A stretch of 64,000 bases of DNA from contig NC_068981.1 in NCBI RefSeq assembly GCF_001194135.2, positions 37,172,919 through 37,236,918 on the forward strand, given 5' to 3'. Numbering within the stretch: the first letter of the stretch is position 1; each line of letters begins with the position of its first letter. Below, piece by piece: positions 63,980 to 64,000 of the stretch. The notes below the pieces were generated by a model, which saw only the letters and a program-made list of their open reading frames with translations, was not told the DNA's origin and did not search any database. This DNA is from Octopus bimaculoides. Taxonomy: Eukaryota. The position numbers and the translations under genes were made by a program.

Positions 63980-64000
63980 CTCTCTCTCTCTCTCTCTCTC
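63925..64000. repeat. (CTAT)n(CT)n microsatellite
   Basis: Directly visible. Confidence 0.97.

Overview
AT-rich eukaryotic DNA saturated with microsatellites and decayed transposable elements, with five assembly gaps (N runs), each at a simple repeat. The SINE families and repeat landscape point to an octopus genome (inference from recalled family sequences, not a database search). I found no confidently identifiable host gene, so the window is probably intronic or intergenic, and nearly all ORFs in the supplied track are microsatellite or N-gap artefacts. DNA transposon relics: a full-length mariner with intact TIRs, a Tigger/pogo relic, a Buster/Charlie-type hAT and a Chapaev3-like (RAG1/Transib-related) element. 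Retroelement relics: three Penelope-like retroelements (PLEs) plus solo 3' ends, R4/Dong-like and CRE-like restriction-endonuclease LINEs, RTE fragments (one with a 5' inversion) and many tRNA-derived SINEs, including two closely spaced inverted pairs. The most interesting signal is a set of minimal hammerhead-ribozyme-like motifs at PLE 3' ends. Two copies of one family share a non-canonical core (YUGUUGA plus an extra A), and a canonical CUGAUGA core lies at 63.8 kb. All translations and alignments were done by eye, so boundaries of decayed elements are approximate.
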